Origin: Moniliella sp. 'wahieum'
Taxonomy: Eukaryota
Direction of reading: 5' to 3'
Assembly: GCA_003971905.1 (NCBI GenBank)
Contig: RSEE01000022.1
Span: 372,001 to 436,000, forward strand
DNA length: 64,000 nucleotides
Shown here: positions 62,518 to 64,000 of the stretch, piece after piece
How the letters are laid out: each line of letters starts with the position of its first letter
Position numbering within the stretch: the stretch's first letter is position 1
Program-made: the position numbers and the translations under genes
The notes under the pieces: generated by a model
Databases searched by the model: none
The model's input: the letters and a program-made list of their open reading frames with translations, nothing else
What the model was told of the DNA's origin: nothing

Positions 62518-63419
62518 CGCGCGTCTGCTGGGTCTCTCTCTCTCAGTGCCCAGGTTGAGCTGAGGCAGCACAGAGTCGGTGCGGGCGCCAATGGCGAGGG
62601 TGGTGGAGAAGGCACAGAAAACAAGCCGACGCCCATTCGGAGATGTGGGCGGTGGCACAGGCTACGAGACTGGACCCTGACCGCGAGCGCGCTAGCCCCT
62701 CTCTTGTGCCGACTTGGGAGAACCAATACGCGCCGACTGCCGTAGTTCGCCTTCGCCGCCCGGGTGCTCAATCCCACACTGCGCAGGCACAGCGGCAGTG
62801 CACCTCACCACCTTCTCCCTCCGTGGCGCAACCCCCGGCGCCCACCCAATTTGCCCCACAACCAGCCATCGGCGCAGCAGGGGAGGCACAACAGCCAGCA
62901 TTGACCTAATATACCTACTTCTATGAGCCACAGCAATTCCACGTCTTTGGTCCCACTACCCCCATTACGATTCCTGCCACCACCATCCTCTGAATCCTTG
63001 CCACTGTATAGTCAGCCAATGGCCTGCTAGTCCGATCTACCCCCTTTCCAATATGCCAAGAAAAAGATACCGTATACGAGAGGAAAGGCCGGTTGCCCGT
63101 GTTTTTTAAGTGTTTTAACAAGCGCAATTCAACGGGATCGGCGCGAAACAAAAAGAGCTGATAGATCCACAGACCTCGGCAGTCTCACCACAACAGCAAA
63201 AAGTAGGAGGCTCATCAGGCGAAAACGAGAGAAAGGCTTTGCTACTGGGTGTATGTGTATATGGTCGCTCCGTAGCATCTTGAGCAAGATTGCTAGGGAA
63301 GGGGAAAAAGAGTGAGAGTGGGGAACCATTTCAACCCACCAAGAAGCTCCGTTTAAAGAGCACAGTCCGTTCTCCGCACTTGTGGCAGAAAAGGATGGTA
63401 TATAGAGCTCAGGCTTCAA

Positions 63420-64000
63420 TCATTTCGTGGCAAGAGCCGCATGTGGGTTCTCAGGGCGGCGAAAGTTCACCGACTTGCGCACCAGGAGGGAGTAGACACG
63501 AAGATCCTTTGCTGTAACGGGTGGGTAACGCATGCTCATCACGGCCTCCACCACCCTACCCGCACTCCAGTGTGAGGGGCAAGCAGCACACTGCGCCGGT
63601 GGGAGAAGAGATCAAACCCAGCTTTGCCATGGTACGACCCATACCCCGAAGGGCCTGTCCCTCCAAATGGCAGCTCGCTGATGGCGAATTGGATCAGCAC
63701 GTCCCCCACAACTGCTGTTCCCGAGCGAGTGGTAGACAAGATTTGGTTGGCGATTTTCTTGTTGCCGAACACATAGAGTGTCAATGGCTGATCACGCGCA
63801 TTGATAAAATCGATGCCAGCCTGCACATTGGGCACTGAAACGACAGGCAATATAGGGCCAAAGAGTTCTGCTTGCATCAGTTCATCATCCTCAGTGACAT
63901 CAGTCACGACTGTGGGCTCAATGAACTTGGCCTCCACATCCGTTTCCCCACCAATAACGACTGTGCCCTTCGTTTGGGACAACACCTTGGCCAAGCGGCT
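63420..64000 (-). CDS. Aldehyde dehydrogenase, ALDH3/fatty aldehyde dehydrogenase-like (3' part only)
   Basis: ELFGPILP, PLTLYVF, LPFGGTGPSGYGSYHGKAGFDLFSHRRS; after a frameshift MRYPPVT...ATK*. Confidence 0.92.

Overview
GC-rich fungal genomic DNA, most likely a basidiomycete (short GT-AG introns with CTRAC branch points; gene content resembling Ustilaginomycotina). Nearly every gene carries single-base frameshifts, which are most simply explained as assembly indel errors. About 19 host genes are recognisable: an Ede1-like UBA protein (3' end), GH31 alpha-glucosidase, a secreted Ser-rich protein, a Mit1/CHD-like PHD-chromo-SNF2 protein, a bZIP factor, a golgin-like coiled coil, MSH3, a histidine phosphatase (Tfc7-like), asparaginase-2, an IMPACT-family protein and a low-complexity ORF just upstream of it, a peroxisomal copper amine oxidase, a class III ADH/formaldehyde dehydrogenase, a membrane-anchored GH79, an MCH1-like MFS transporter, a Ser-rich type I membrane protein, CNS1, a conserved hypothetical protein and an ALDH (partial). 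Highlights: (1) a young 3.6-kb Ty3/gypsy chromovirus-like element with near-identical LTRs, a 5-bp TSD and a Tf1-type self-priming site, encoding Gag plus an integrase-chromodomain with intact motifs but no protease, RT or RNase H, and an old solo LTR of the same family; (2) a recurring intergenic pattern of 7-nt-period arrays in which a 3-nt spacer (mostly TNA) alternates with interchangeable 4-bp palindromes; (3) a Mit1-like remodeler whose ATPase catalytic motifs are degenerate; (4) a divergently transcribed amine oxidase / formaldehyde dehydrogenase pair that looks like a methylamine-utilisation module.
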